Origin: Nemertoderma westbladi
Taxonomy: Eukaryota; Animalia; Xenacoelomorpha
Assembly: GCA_032718475.1 (NCBI GenBank)
Contig: JAUCBJ010006610.1
Coordinates: forward strand, 62,001-126,000
DNA: 64,000 nucleotides
Direction: 5' to 3'
The notes under the pieces were generated by a model. That model was not told where the DNA came from and ran no database searches. It saw only the letters and a list, made by a program, of their open reading frames with translations. The translations under genes and the position numbers were made by a program. Of this stretch, positions 13,736-25,500 are shown piece by piece. The first letter of the stretch is position 1. Each line of letters starts with the position of its first letter.

Positions 13736-14421
13736 TCTATCTCTAATATCTATTTTTTCTCAATGTATTTGTTGTATTTCTCCTCTAAAACATTGAGAAA
13801 AAAATTGCAATAAATTTTTTTCGCAATGTTTTTTTTCTTAATGTTTTTTTCTCAATGTTTTCGTCTTGAAGTCTGAGTTTGGCTTGTCTTTACATTATAG
13901 GCCTATCACAATGAACCTAATAATACCAGTATAGTGCATTGCCCAGACTCCATGTGCACTTTCAAAATGCTGAAATTTAGTATTTGAAATATGCATGGTA
14001 AGCCTATAGCGTACCGTACGCTCGTACGCACAGTGTATAATGTTGCTGACTGGTCTGCCGGTTACACGGACAGTTTATCGACCTATTATTAATGGTGTAC
14101 AATCTGATACTATACACTGTGCGTACGGTACGCTATAGGCCTACCATGCATATTTAAAATACTAAATTTCAGCATTTTGAAAGTGCACATGGAGTCTGGG
14201 TAATGCACTATACTGGTATTATTAGGTTCATTGTGATAGGCCTATAATGTAAAGACAAGCCAAACTCAGACTTCAAGACGAAAACATTGAGAAAAAAAAC
14301 ATTGAGAAAAAAACATTGAGAAAAAAAACATTGCGAAAAAAATTTATTGCAATTTTTTTATCAATGTTTTAGAGGTGAAATAAAACAAATACATTGAGAA
14401 AAAATAGATATTAGAGATAGA
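13736..14421. mobile_element. Palindromic MITE (near-perfect ~290-bp arms with short internal repeats)
   Basis: 13736-14020 is the reverse complement of about 14125-14421, and the spacer holds a further small inverted repeat. No clear target duplication. Confidence 0.8.
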
Positions 14422-14490
14422 TATTAATACAAAATACTATAGTATTATGGTATTGACGCGAATGCCAATAATGGATCGCGGCATAGTTTC

Positions 14491-14634
14491 TTAATGTTAT
14501 AATTTTCGTTGGGCGCAGCTTAACAAATTCGGCAATGACGTCCAGGTGGGATCGAACTGGTGACCTCCGGGTTGGAAGTCTGACGCCCTAACCATTCAGC
14601 TAGCGGCTCAGGTAAAAGATGGACCTGGCAATAC
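14491..14634 (-). repeat. tRNA-derived repeat (left arm of an inverted pair)
   Basis: - strand reads ...GAGCCGCTAGCTGAATGGTTAGGGCGTCAGACTTCCAACCCGGAGGTCACCAGTTCGATCCCACC..., with A-box-like and B-box-like motifs but poor acceptor-stem pairing. An inverted copy lies at 16686-16829. Confidence 0.7.
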
Positions 14635-14966
14635 TAGCTGATACCTTGTATGTCCGCAATTTACCTCATCATGGCCTCCCAACTGTCAATACCATCATAT
14701 GCTGCCACAGTGCTCAACCCTACTGTACTTGGCCGTCTTTTACCACTCGCTACAATGAAAGGATTGCGATTGTGTGTGTATATTAATCATGAACCATCCC
14801 ATCTCTATGGCACAATTACACCCATAGCGAAATGCGATCGGTATTTTTGTAATTATTATTGATTATTGATATATTGGTGAATGAATCATGGTTTTATATT
14901 TATAATAATTCGCGTTGGGCACAGATGATTGTAGATGAATGGTATTGGCAGTTGTGTGGGAGCCCA

Positions 14967-16650
14967 TGTGGGAAAATGGCGGAAGTCTGTCAATAAACAA
15001 TCCTTGTATTTAATCTCTTCAATATCAACAAGATAAATCACCAAAACCCTGAAACCTCTAATTCCGACTACCGGTACACCAGTACCCAGGTCCACTATCC
15101 CTCCAATCCCTCACTCTCCACCAGGCCTACCTCCCCTCTCCCCGACCCTCCTCCTCAGGGGCGAGCCATCCATTCCACCACACAATTCCACCATACAACA
15201 TAGAACACCACAATAACATAGAACACCACAACCCTCCCTGGAATTGTGTTTGGCTACAAGAAATACATCCACAACTCATTTACGTGAATCCATAATAACT
15301 GGGTGGTTTTATAACACGTCCACTCTTTGTTACCACTTGTGAATCATTATCACTACTCGAGGACTCATTCGCGACATCTGTTGTAACAGTAGATACTTCA
15401 GGCTGAGTGCAAGATATCTGACTGTTACTTATGTTTGGTAAAACTAAGTCACCTAATTCTAACTCTCCATTCAAAGTGACTGCCTCGACGACCCTAGTTC
15501 CCGCTGGTGGATCACTACCACGAGTACTACCGTGATGCAACACATTACCACTTCCTACTGCCTCTTTGATGGCGTCGACATTCACCACCTTTGCTCTACG
15601 ATTAGGTGAATCATGTGAAATCTCATAATTCGACGGCCCCAGCACAGCACTAACTCTCCACCCCTCCATCCATGGTGTATCCTTCTTACCAAGCCTCATA
15701 CCCTTATGCCAATATACACGAGTACCGACTTCAAACTGTCGTACATTTTCGTTGTTAGGCACGTAATCAAGTTTCGACAGTTTTTGCTCTACATAATCAG
15801 TTATCTTTGCACCCTCAACTAACTGACGACCAATCCAAGTGTTACAACTGTAACCATTCATAGAACCGCAATTTACCTGTTGACCCTCCCAGCCACAAAA
15901 CGCTCTCATTGGGGAAATACCCGTGGTGGTGGTTGGACGGTTCCTGTAAGCATGAAGGGCCCACTTAATCTTTGTTTCCAAAGAATCGTCAGATTCATCA
16001 CTGATAATTTTACGTAATATTGTCAAAATGGTTCCATGACAACGTTCTACAGCCCCTTGACTTCGGGGATTACCTACTGCGCCATGTCTTGCTTTAACTT
16101 TAAAAACTTTCCAGATACTCTCAATAATTCCATTGACAAACTCACTCCCTTTATCACTCCTTACGACTTCAGGCGGTCCCCATAAAAGGCATTTGTCTAA
16201 AAACACATCAGCAACATCACCAGCTTTCATTGATTTCAGCATCTCTACTTCTATCCACTTAGTCAAAAAATCGACCATTACTAAAATATTCCGATTATCA
16301 GCTTTGAGAGTGTCTACGTAAACAACTTGCCAGGGCTTATCTGCAATGACTGTACGGTCTGAATCTGACATTTCGCGGTGATAGCTTGTGGGAGAATGGC
16401 GGAAGTCTGTCAATAAACAATCCTTGTATTTAATCTCTTCAATATCAACAAGATAAATCACCAAAACCCTGAAACCTCTAATTCCGACTACCGGTACACC
16501 AGTACCCAGATCCACTATCCCTCCAATCCCTCACTCTCCATCAGGCCTACCTCCCCTCTCCCCGACCCTCCTCCTCAGGGGCGAGCCATCCATTCCACCA
16601 CACAATTCCACCATACAACATAGAACACCACAATAACATAGAACACCACA
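14967..16650 (-). mobile_element. Miniature Gypsy-type LTR element encoding only an integrase
   Basis: Two 264-bp TG...CA LTRs (14967-15230, 16387-16650) differing at ~3 positions. 4-bp target duplication CCCA at 14963-14966 and 16651-16654. Purine tract AGGGAGGG before the 3' LTR. Single internal ORF. Confidence 0.93.
15280..16371 (-). CDS. Retroviral-type (rve) DDE integrase of the mini-LTR element, about 363 aa
   Basis: ATG at 16371, 15 nt after the LTR. Motifs PWQVVYVD, MVDFLTKW, RSDKGSEF, SQGAVER, AYRNRP..TTGISP, a GPY/F-like segment and C-terminal TKSGRVIKPP..Y. No HHCC finger. The longer 16515 start in the ORF track lies inside the LTR. Confidence 0.88.
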   Translation of the reverse strand: MSDSDRTVIADKPWQVVYVDTLKADNRNILVMVDFLTKWIEVEMLKSMKAGDVADVFLDKCLLWGPPEVVRSDKGSEFVNGIIESIWKVFKVKARHGAVGNPRSQGAVERCHGTILTILRKIISDESDDSLETKIKWALHAYRNRPTTTTGISPMRAFCGWEGQQVNCGSMNGYSCNTWIGRQLVEGAKITDYVEQKLSKLDYVPNNENVRQFEVGTRVYWHKGMRLGKKDTPWMEGWRVSAVLGPSNYEISHDSPNRRAKVVNVDAIKEAVGSGNVLHHGSTRGSDPPAGTRVVEAVTLNGELELGDLVLPNISNSQISCTQPEVSTVTTDVANESSSSDNDSQVVTKSGRVIKPPSYYGFT

Positions 16651-16685
16651 CCCATGAGGATGTAAGATGAGATGAGATATCATGT

Positions 16686-16829
16686 GTATTTCCAGGTCTA
16701 CCTTTTACCTGATAGAAAGGTTAGAGTGTCAGTCTTCTAACCCGGAGATTAGCAGTTCGATCCCACCTGGGCGTCATTGTCAAATTTGTTGCTAAGCTAT
16801 GCCCAACGAAAAAAAAATTATAATATTAA
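16686..16829 (+). repeat. tRNA-derived repeat (right arm of the inverted pair, more degenerate)
   Basis: Reverse complement of 14491-14634 including the non-tRNA flanks; B-box-like AGTTCGATCC retained. Confidence 0.7.
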
Positions 16830-17181
16830 CACTAAAGGGCAATTGTGATAAATGTGTGTATGTGGGGGGGGGGGGGGGGGGGGGGGATGTATGTTTTTAG
16901 TTAGTGATTTGGTGTACCGGTACATGATGTGAATATAATATAGTGTGTCAGTTCCTATGAACAGACACACAACCTACAGATTGCTTTAGATTTTTCCATA
17001 GGGAGAGGGTATCTATCCTTAATCCTTTACATTATAGAGTCATGATAAATATATAATAATAAATTCATAATGATTTTGCTGATAATATAGATCAGAGATC
17101 CGACAACATATAGAATACAGTGAAAATTTGCACCTCGTACTGTATAATTCTGTGAATACATCGACCTGCTACCCAGTGTGG

Positions 17182-18258
17182 TTACAAAAGATGTTTAGAA
17201 AGGTCGCCCATAACGGGTGTCCCATGGTTGTATCCGAGTTGGACTAAATCCACGAAGTCGCTACATTCCGAGTATAGTTTATCAGAAGCGGCAATACTCA
17301 TGATGGACTTCCACTTAGTGGCCACATCATTCCCTACCATCGACGTCGCCCAACTTGGAGACTTTTGTACCCTTTTTGTCTTGCCTTTTGGTTCCTTACA
17401 GAGGGAATCTTCAGCAATGTACCCAGAGACCACCATATCTTCGGATATCCCTGTGAATCGATTAATGACGGTGTAGGTGTCTCTCGGGCGCAAACAAAAC
17501 TCCTCCAAACGTACAAACTCGACATTGCCTGCGAGACTGGTATCTCCCTTAAACTCTTCAACCATTCCACCCAACCACTCGCAATAAGACAATGTAACTT
17601 CGATGACGGATTCGAGACCGGCTATATCTACCAGACCTATCTGGTATCCTGGTTCATTGAAACTATCCTCCACATTGGACACGGCATAAGCACGAGGGTC
17701 CCTCACAACAACAATCACTTTGAAATTATCCTCTTGAATGAGTGGAACAACATCTTTCAGTGACAGTAGCGCAGTTGTCATGGTTACAATGATATCGTGT
17801 TGTTTACAAACTCTGTTCGATTCCTCATCATATCCTTCTAGTATACAGTTGCATTGCTGGACTTCTGTGTCATTCGAATTATGACCGCATACATTATTGT
17901 CCACCAGTCGTTGTGTAAGACAACCGTTCCCTATAGGGTTGCCCACTCCTTGGCTTGGCCAATCGCAATTGTGTATGGATCGTATAGTCTCTACCCGTGA
18001 TTGGCTATCATAAGATGGATAAACAGGATTTTCAATATAGAAGACATCTGGGTGCTGATTGAATACTTGAGAAAATCTTGAAGCTTCCCCCAGGTGACGG
18101 GAAAGGATGAGCACATTAGTATTACCAGGAGGTGATTGTAAGAATATCCATTTAATTTTTGGTATGTTTGAGATATGACCCTGTTTGTATATGTATCCCA
18201 AAGATATTATTAAACAAACACTAATTAACAACAGATAATATTTATTTAAACACGCCAT
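17182..18258 (-). CDS. Intronless type II membrane carbohydrate sulfotransferase-like protein (CHST1/GlcNAc-6-O-sulfotransferase family), nested antisense in a collagen intron
   Basis: 358-aa ORF with an N-terminal TM segment (YYLLLISVCLIISLGYIY), FNQHPDVFY.E.P, 3'-phosphate-binding motif VVVRDPRA...S, VRLEEF...P, W...MS and C-terminal C...LGY. Confidence 0.88.
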   Translation of the reverse strand: MACLNKYYLLLISVCLIISLGYIYKQGHISNIPKIKWIFLQSPPGNTNVLILSRHLGEASRFSQVFNQHPDVFYIENPVYPSYDSQSRVETIRSIHNCDWPSQGVGNPIGNGCLTQRLVDNNVCGHNSNDTEVQQCNCILEGYDEESNRVCKQHDIIVTMTTALLSLKDVVPLIQEDNFKVIVVVRDPRAYAVSNVEDSFNEPGYQIGLVDIAGLESVIEVTLSYCEWLGGMVEEFKGDTSLAGNVEFVRLEEFCLRPRDTYTVINRFTGISEDMVVSGYIAEDSLCKEPKGKTKRVQKSPSWATSMVGNDVATKWKSIMSIAASDKLYSECSDFVDLVQLGYNHGTPVMGDLSKHLL

Positions 18259-20706
18259 GGATGCTTATTGATAACTTTCTGCTAATCCGTATCTCATATC
18301 ACTTAATGCATATAAAAATTAATTTCAATACCTCCACCTTCAAAATAGGCCTACTGTTTAAGTGTACATAGCTGAAATTCTATCTGACTAATAGGTAAGT
18401 TATTCATTAATGTATGGAATAATTGACAACGGCAAGGCACTTACAGAAGCCAAACATGACGTGTGTTGCATAGGTTAAGGAAAACAAGATCAGCTAAAGA
18501 TGTGGTCGAAGCTGCATCACTGCCTTGACTCGATAAAACTCGACCAATGAGTCATATCTACTCTAAGTAAATTATTCCGTGAACTTGAAACAAGAAACAC
18601 CGGAAGTAACCGGAAGACTCCTCTCTCTCTTGCTTGGCTGTTGTTATCTGTAAGGCAGCGGAGGGCGCCACACTAACTCACTAACACACTAACTGTAGTA
18701 GGTTAGTTATGTAGACTTCTACTACCGAGGCCCTTGGATTTGCAGATATGATTAAGACCTCGAAATGCAAGAGGAGGATATATTCTCTGCTTTAAATAAA
18801 CAATGGTAGTGAGGTCTTATTGTTGTTAAAGCCCAACACCACTCTGCAGACATGACGGTAACTAATGATCGTTGAACTAATCGGCCTGTTCGTGATGTTG
18901 TTCTGTGGCAGACGGGTGGCGTGAGAAACGTGGCGGTCTGCCATTGACATTGCTTACAGTGGTTTTGTAGTTTTGTTAAAACAGATGAATTTGGTTTCTA
19001 TATTAAACCGCCTCTGGAATATATTTATGATTTGTAAATCTAATGTAACTATAGTATATTACATATTATATAATACTTAATATATAATACTTAATATAAT
19101 AATATATAATAATATTTTATATTTTATGAGAATGTTTTCTTGAAAATTTATGCTGCACGTTTTTCACCCAAGGTTTTTATATTATTTTTAAAGTATTATT
19201 TTAAAAATTTTATTTTTATTATTATTAAATTATCATTTAATTTCAATTAAATTAAACTTTGGAGTTAAAAATTAGTAAATATATATAGCATGGGGTACTG
19301 TATACTAACTTGTAACAGGTTTGTATTATATTACATTATTATACTGCCATGTTTGGTAAGAATCGAATTTAATTTGATGGAAAGCTTACATTAGTGCAAT
19401 TGCTGCATAACATTAATGACATGCATCCAAGGCGCAAAATAACTTCTCTAATAGGGATAATCATGTGATAGCCTAGTTACTATACTAATTACCATATTAT
19501 TTAGCACATGTTTATTCAACTGGCAGCAGTAAACGGTTCTGATAAAAAAAATAATGACGTGTGGCGCTAACAAACCAAAACCTTCAATTCCGCCTTTCTC
19601 AATAATTTCATTTTGTGGTCAAATAATATGTGTGAAATTATAAATATAAAAATTCAAACATATAAAAATGTAATGTTTTATTATGAGTGGAAGTGTTTGT
19701 GAGTAACTGCGGGTATGCAAAAGTGAAAATTAATAAAAGTCTTTAGATTCCTTGAAGATTGAACTCAAGATCACCTCAACAGTTCAAATACGAAACACAC
19801 AGGAGGCAACCCAAAGATTCTTCTCTATCTCGGCTGTTACCTATAAGGCAAGGATGGCGCCACACTAACTATCCAACCCTTTTCATTATTCCCCCAGCAC
19901 AAACCAGTTTCCCATTGCACCCGCCCTCCCTCCTGGCCTGTGTGTCTTTCCAACAGTTTGCCCCTAAAGTATTTTTCTTGCTTAGGCTGTCACATTGCGA
20001 AATTTCTACATCGTTTACTCAGAATTTGAAACAACGCCGCCTTACATATAATATATATAGTGAAAGCAGTTCATGAGCTGCATCCCCCCGACACTGTTAA
20101 AGCTATAAGCTTTAAATTAAGCTATAACCTTTATTACGAGAACTGTATATCGATATCCGGACGTTTTTCTATAGATTAATAACTTTATTATTTACGTACC
20201 AATGAGCGAAGAATGTACGTTTAAAACAATTAATTAATAATATGACGTCAGAAAAGTCGAATTCATTTCGCTGCTGATCCACTGTTTCTGCTACCGGGAA
20301 TGTATCGATACTCCATAATAATTATGTATAACGATGTTCGGAGACAACGGTAATGAAGTTAGTGGGGCTAATTTGTTGCCACAGACGACACACACGCAAA
20401 CATACCATATACCTTCTTCTCTGAACTGAAGTGGAATCGGTTATGATGAATATTATATCACGAATTAATTCGTTGATTCGTCATCAATAGTTTAATAATT
20501 AATCCTATAAGCTTGAAGTAGTCGAATTTTGAATATGCGTGATTTTAATTTCGATAGCTTTGGATAAGTTTACAAAAAATACATGAATCATATGCCGAAG
20601 AGTGTTACTCAGAATTCGGCAAAAACCCACGTTCTTAATGGACAATGGACATTCTTAAAACCTATTTCGCTAAGAATTTCAGTTCAGTAAATATTTTATT
20701 TTTCAG

Positions 20707-20761
20707 GGTCCTGTGGGTCTAAAAGGTGAACGAGGTATGCTTGGTGCTAAAGGACTAAGAG
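20707..20761 (+). CDS. Collagen exon B (GPVGLKGERGMLGAKGLRG)
   Basis: ttttcAG acceptor and Gly-X-Y; phase 0 in, phase 1 out (GTTTGT). An alternative same-phase donor GTATGC exists after 20734. Confidence 0.88.
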
Positions 20762-20879
20762 GTTTGTTACCTTATAATTGGCAGTTGTTGTTGGTTTAAT
20801 ATCTCTAATCTTATGTCGATGATTTTCAGAAAGTGGAATGTGATTTTTACTTTAAAAGCGCGAAATCGCTAAAATTAAC

Positions 20880-20950
20880 CGGAAAGTGGGATTGAACTCG
20901 GTACCTAGAGATTCCAAGTCCAACGCTCTTCCAATTTCACCACTGCGCCG
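20880..20950 (-). repeat. Degenerate tRNA-like/SINE head
   Basis: - strand GCAGTGGTGAAATTGGAAGAGCGTTGGACTTGGAATCTCTAGGTACCGAGTTCAATCCCAC has A-box-like and B-box-like motifs. Confidence 0.5.
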
Positions 20951-21627
20951 TAGCCTAATAAAAAGCTAACTGGAAATTAACAACAACACAAACAACAACA
21001 ACAACACCAACAATAACAATAACAACAACGGATGGTGTTGTTTTTACAATTTTTTTTAAATTAACCACTTTTAAGTCGTATGCGGTATTTCTCATCCAAA
21101 TTTATTAATTACAGAAACAATCAATAAAAAGTTACTTAATTCTGCGGTTGTCGGATTAACTTTTGAAACCATAATCTCTTAACCTCACGCGTTTAGCTAA
21201 GAATGGTAGATTTTTGAAATTGACGCTTTTTGAGAAATTGACGTCGAAATTTTATTGTTTACGTATCCTTTGCGCGAGATTATGTTTTTGAAAATTTCCA
21301 TAAACCCTTTGAACTTCATTGTTATTGTAGTTGTTCGACAAACCTTTCCAGTTTACAAAGTCTAACACATGTTACAATAAGATATGTCCCTTCAAACTTT
21401 CCAGTTTAAATCTTTTCATTGGCAATATTTGACACACTGAAAATTTTCATAAAAAAGTCGATTGAATTTACCGAATTCCAATGCCCCCCCTAATTATAAA
21501 ATTTATAAAGAAATAAAGTTGCCGGTAATCTTACAATATGACCTTGTAGCATCACCTTCATTCTGTTAGTGGTTTATTTTTCAACACCATCTACTTACGA
21601 TCATATAACCTCCGATTGTTATTGCAG

Positions 21628-21719
21628 GGCTTGTTGGACTCAGAGGGGAGAAAGGGGATAAATACCCGGATGATAAGTTGGTTACAATAAGGGGCGAAAA
21701 AGGTGACAGAGGATCAACG
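21628..21719 (+). CDS. Collagen exon C with an interruption (GLVGLRGEKGDKYPDDKLVTIRGEKGDRGST)
   Basis: ttgcAG acceptor, GTTAGC donor; phase 1 in, phase 0 out, compatible with neighbouring exons. Confidence 0.88.
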
Positions 21720-21789
21720 GTTAGCTGTAAATATATTAATATCAATAAAACAGATGAGAATAATTACAAATATTTTTGGGGTTTTTATA

Positions 21790-22400
21790 TAATAACGAAC
21801 CTGTCTTCACACCATAAGGCCGCCAAAGCACAAGATTATGTACAGGCTGGACCTCGCGGGGAAAGCAATGTCCTGCAAAGCGGAGGCGGTCCCGTTAACC
21901 TATCAAGCTCGGGAAAACTAATGAAACACCTCCAATATTGTATAGAGTCTGATTGGATAGGTGTTCATTGTACTTGACGCAATGAACCCGGCGAGGAGTA
22001 CTGGAACTACTGCTTCTCTAAATAATCGGACCTTGAGGTTCGTTCCATTTTATTCTATGGGATTTCCAAATCCCAGGACAAACTATTTAACGCTGCCCAT
22101 GCTTTCCCCTTACCTATCCTAAGTAGCATCATGATCCCAAGTAGCAGAAGTCGTCCACGTGCGCAAACAAGCCGTCCTTAGAGCTTATGCCCTTACGATC
22201 AGACATTTTTTGAGGGCTGTCGAGGTTCATTGTCATAATTTTTTAGGAGTTTACAAAAATACCAACACTAGAAGCAACCTGGTCCAATGAGCAGAGGAGC
22301 TCTTGGGCTCCTCTGATTCTGACAGTACCCCTAAGACATCTGCACTGTCTAAATCAGTAAGGTACTTTGCTGGATTTCTTCTACTGTACTTCTTGTACCA
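21790..22400 (-). mobile_element. Degenerate RTE-type LINE fragment, same family as 31208-31481/50404-50947
   Basis: - strand encodes remnants of RR.PAKYLTDLD.AD, DDFCYLGS, GKAWAALN and FAGHCF.R..QPVHNLVLW.P. Confidence 0.85.
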
Positions 22401-22509
22401 GTAGGGAGTGTTACCATCACCCATAACATTTCACTAATTGCACTAATTGCACTAATTGTGCCGCATCTCCCTACCTGAGGGAGTTTTTAAAATACTTCGG
22501 TTGTACAAT

Positions 22510-25500
22510 TACTTTGTTTGAGACCGCAAACAAGCAACCTGTGCATGTATGTTAATTGAGACTAAAAACAAGCAACATGTGTACATTAATTGAAACCACA
22601 AACAAGCAATTTGTGTACATTAATGGAGACCACAAACAAGCAACATGTGTACATTAATTGAAACCACAAACAAGCAATTTATGTACATTAATTGAGACCA
22701 CAAACACGCAATGTGTAAGACCACACACAAGCAGCGTGTGTACTTTAATTGAGACCACACACAAGCAATGTGTAAGAACACACACAGGCAACGTGTGTAC
22801 TTTAATTGAGACCACACACAAGCAATGTGTAAGAACACACACAAGCAACATGTGTATGGTAATTGAAACCATAAACAAGCAACATGTGTACGGTAATTGA
22901 AACCATAAACAAGCAACATGTGTACGTTAATTGAGACCACACACAAGCAATGTGTAATAACACACACAGGCAACGTGTGTACTTTAATTGAGACCACACA
23001 CAAGCAATGTGTAAGAACACACACAAGCAACATGTGTATGGTAATTGAAACCATAAACAAGCAACATGTGTACGGTAATTGAAACCATAAACAAGCAACA
23101 TGTGTACGTTAATTGAGACCACACACAAGCAATGTGTAATAACACACACAGGCAACGTGTGTACTTTAATTGAGACCACACACAAGCAATGTGTAAGAAC
23201 ACACACAAGCAACATGTGTACGGTAATGGAAACCATAAACAAGCAACATGTGTACGGTAATTGAAACCATAAACAAGCAACATGTGTACGTTAATTGAGA
23301 CCACACACAAGCAATGTGTAAGAACACACACAAGCAACATGTGTACTGTAATTGAAACCATAAACAAGCAACATGTGTACGTTAATTGAGACCACACACA
23401 AGCAATGTGTAATAACACACACAGGCAACGTGTGTACTTTAATTGAGACCACACACAAGCAATGTGTAAGAACACACACAAGCAACATGTGTATGGTAAT
23501 TGAAACCATAAACAAGCAACATGTGTACGGTAATTGAAACCATAAACAAGCAACATGTGTACGTTAATTGAGACCACACACAAGCAATGTGTAAGAACAC
23601 ACACAAGCAACATGTGTATGGTAATTGAAACCATAAACAAGCAACATGTGTACGTTAATTGAGACCACACACAAGCAATGTGTAAGAACACACACAAGCA
23701 ACATGTGTACGGTAATGGAAACCATAAACAAGCAACATGTGTACGGTAATTGAAACCATAAACAAGCAACATGTGTACGTTAATTGAGACCACACACAAG
23801 CAATGTGTAAGAACACACACAAGCAACATGTGTACGGTAATGGAAACCATAAACAAGCAACATGTGTACGGTAATTGAAACCATAAACAAGCAACATGTG
23901 TACGTTAATTGAGACCACACACAAGCAATGTGTAAGAACACACACAAGCAACATGTGTATGGTAATTGAAACCATAAACAAGCAACATGTGTACGTTAAT
24001 TGAGACCACACACAAGCAATGTGTAAGAACACACACAAGCAACATGTGTACGGTAATGGAAACCATAAACAAGCAACATGTGTACGGTAATTGAAACCAT
24101 AAACAAGCAACATGTGTACGTTAATTGAGACCACACACAAGCAATGTGTAAGAACACACACAAGCAACATGTGTACTGTAATTGAAACCATAAACAAGCA
24201 ACATGTGTACGTTAATTGAGACCACAAACAAGCAATGTGTAAGACCACACACAAGCAATTTGTAAGACCACACACAAGCAGCGTGTGTACTTTAATTGAG
24301 ACCACACACAAGCAATGTGTAAGACCACACACAAGCAATGTGTAAGACCACACACAGGCAACGTGTGTACTTTAATTGAGACCACAAACAAGCAATGTGT
24401 AAGACCACACACAAGCAATTTGTAAGACCACACACAAGCAGCGTGTGTACTTTAATTGAGACCACACACAAGCAATGTGTAAGAACACACACAAGCAACA
24501 TGTGTATGGTAATTGAAACCATAAACAAGCAACATGTGTACGGTAATTGAAACCATAAACAAGCAACATGTGTACGTTAATTGAGACCACACACAAGCAA
24601 TGTGTAATAACACACACAGGCAACGTGTGTACTTTAATTGAGACCACACACAAGCAATGTGTAAGAACACACACAAGCAACATGTGTATGGTAATTGAAA
24701 CCATAAACAAGCAACATGTGTACGGTAATTGAAACCATAAACAAGCAACATGTGTACGTTAATTGAGACCACACACAAGCAATGTGTAATAACACACACA
24801 GGCAACGTGTGTACTTTAATTGAGACCACACACAAGCAATGTGTAAGAACACACACAAGCAACATGTGTATGGTAATTGAAACCATAAACAAGCAACATG
24901 TGTACGGTAATTGAAACCATAAACAAGCAACATGTGTACGTTAATTGAGACCACACACAAGCAATGTGTAAGAACACACACAAGCAACATGTGTACGGTA
25001 ATTGAAACCATAAACAAGCAACATGTGTACGGTAATTGAGACCATAAACAAGCAACATGTGTACGTTAATTGAGACCACACACAAGCAATGTGTAAGAAC
25101 ACACACAAGCAACATGTGTACGGTAATGGAAACCATAAACAAGCAACATGTGTACGTTAATTGAGACCACACACAAGCAATGTGTAAGAACACACACAAG
25201 CAACATGTGTACGGTAATTGAAACCATAAACAAGCAACATGTGTACGGTAATTGAGACCATAAACAAGCAACATGTGTACTGTATTTGAGACCACACACA
25301 GGCAATGTGTGTACGTTAATTGAGACCACAAATCAGCAAAAATGTGTTCATTAATTGAGACCAAAAAGAAGCAGCGTGTGTACTTTAATTGAGACGACAC
25401 ACAAGCAATGTGTAACACCACAAACAAGCAACTTGTGTACGGTAATTGAAACCATAAACAAGCAACATGTGTACGTTAATTGAGACAACAAACAAGCAAT

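Noticed and set aside
14540-14612. Functional tRNA genes here, at 16710-16775, 20880-20950 and 28940-29010
   Set aside because: Acceptor and anticodon stems pair poorly and the sequences are embedded in repeats; treated as tRNA-derived repeats.
16372-16386. Self-priming site in the mini Gypsy element
   Set aside because: No convincing complement of AGCTATCACCG was found in its LTR; the primer remains unidentified.
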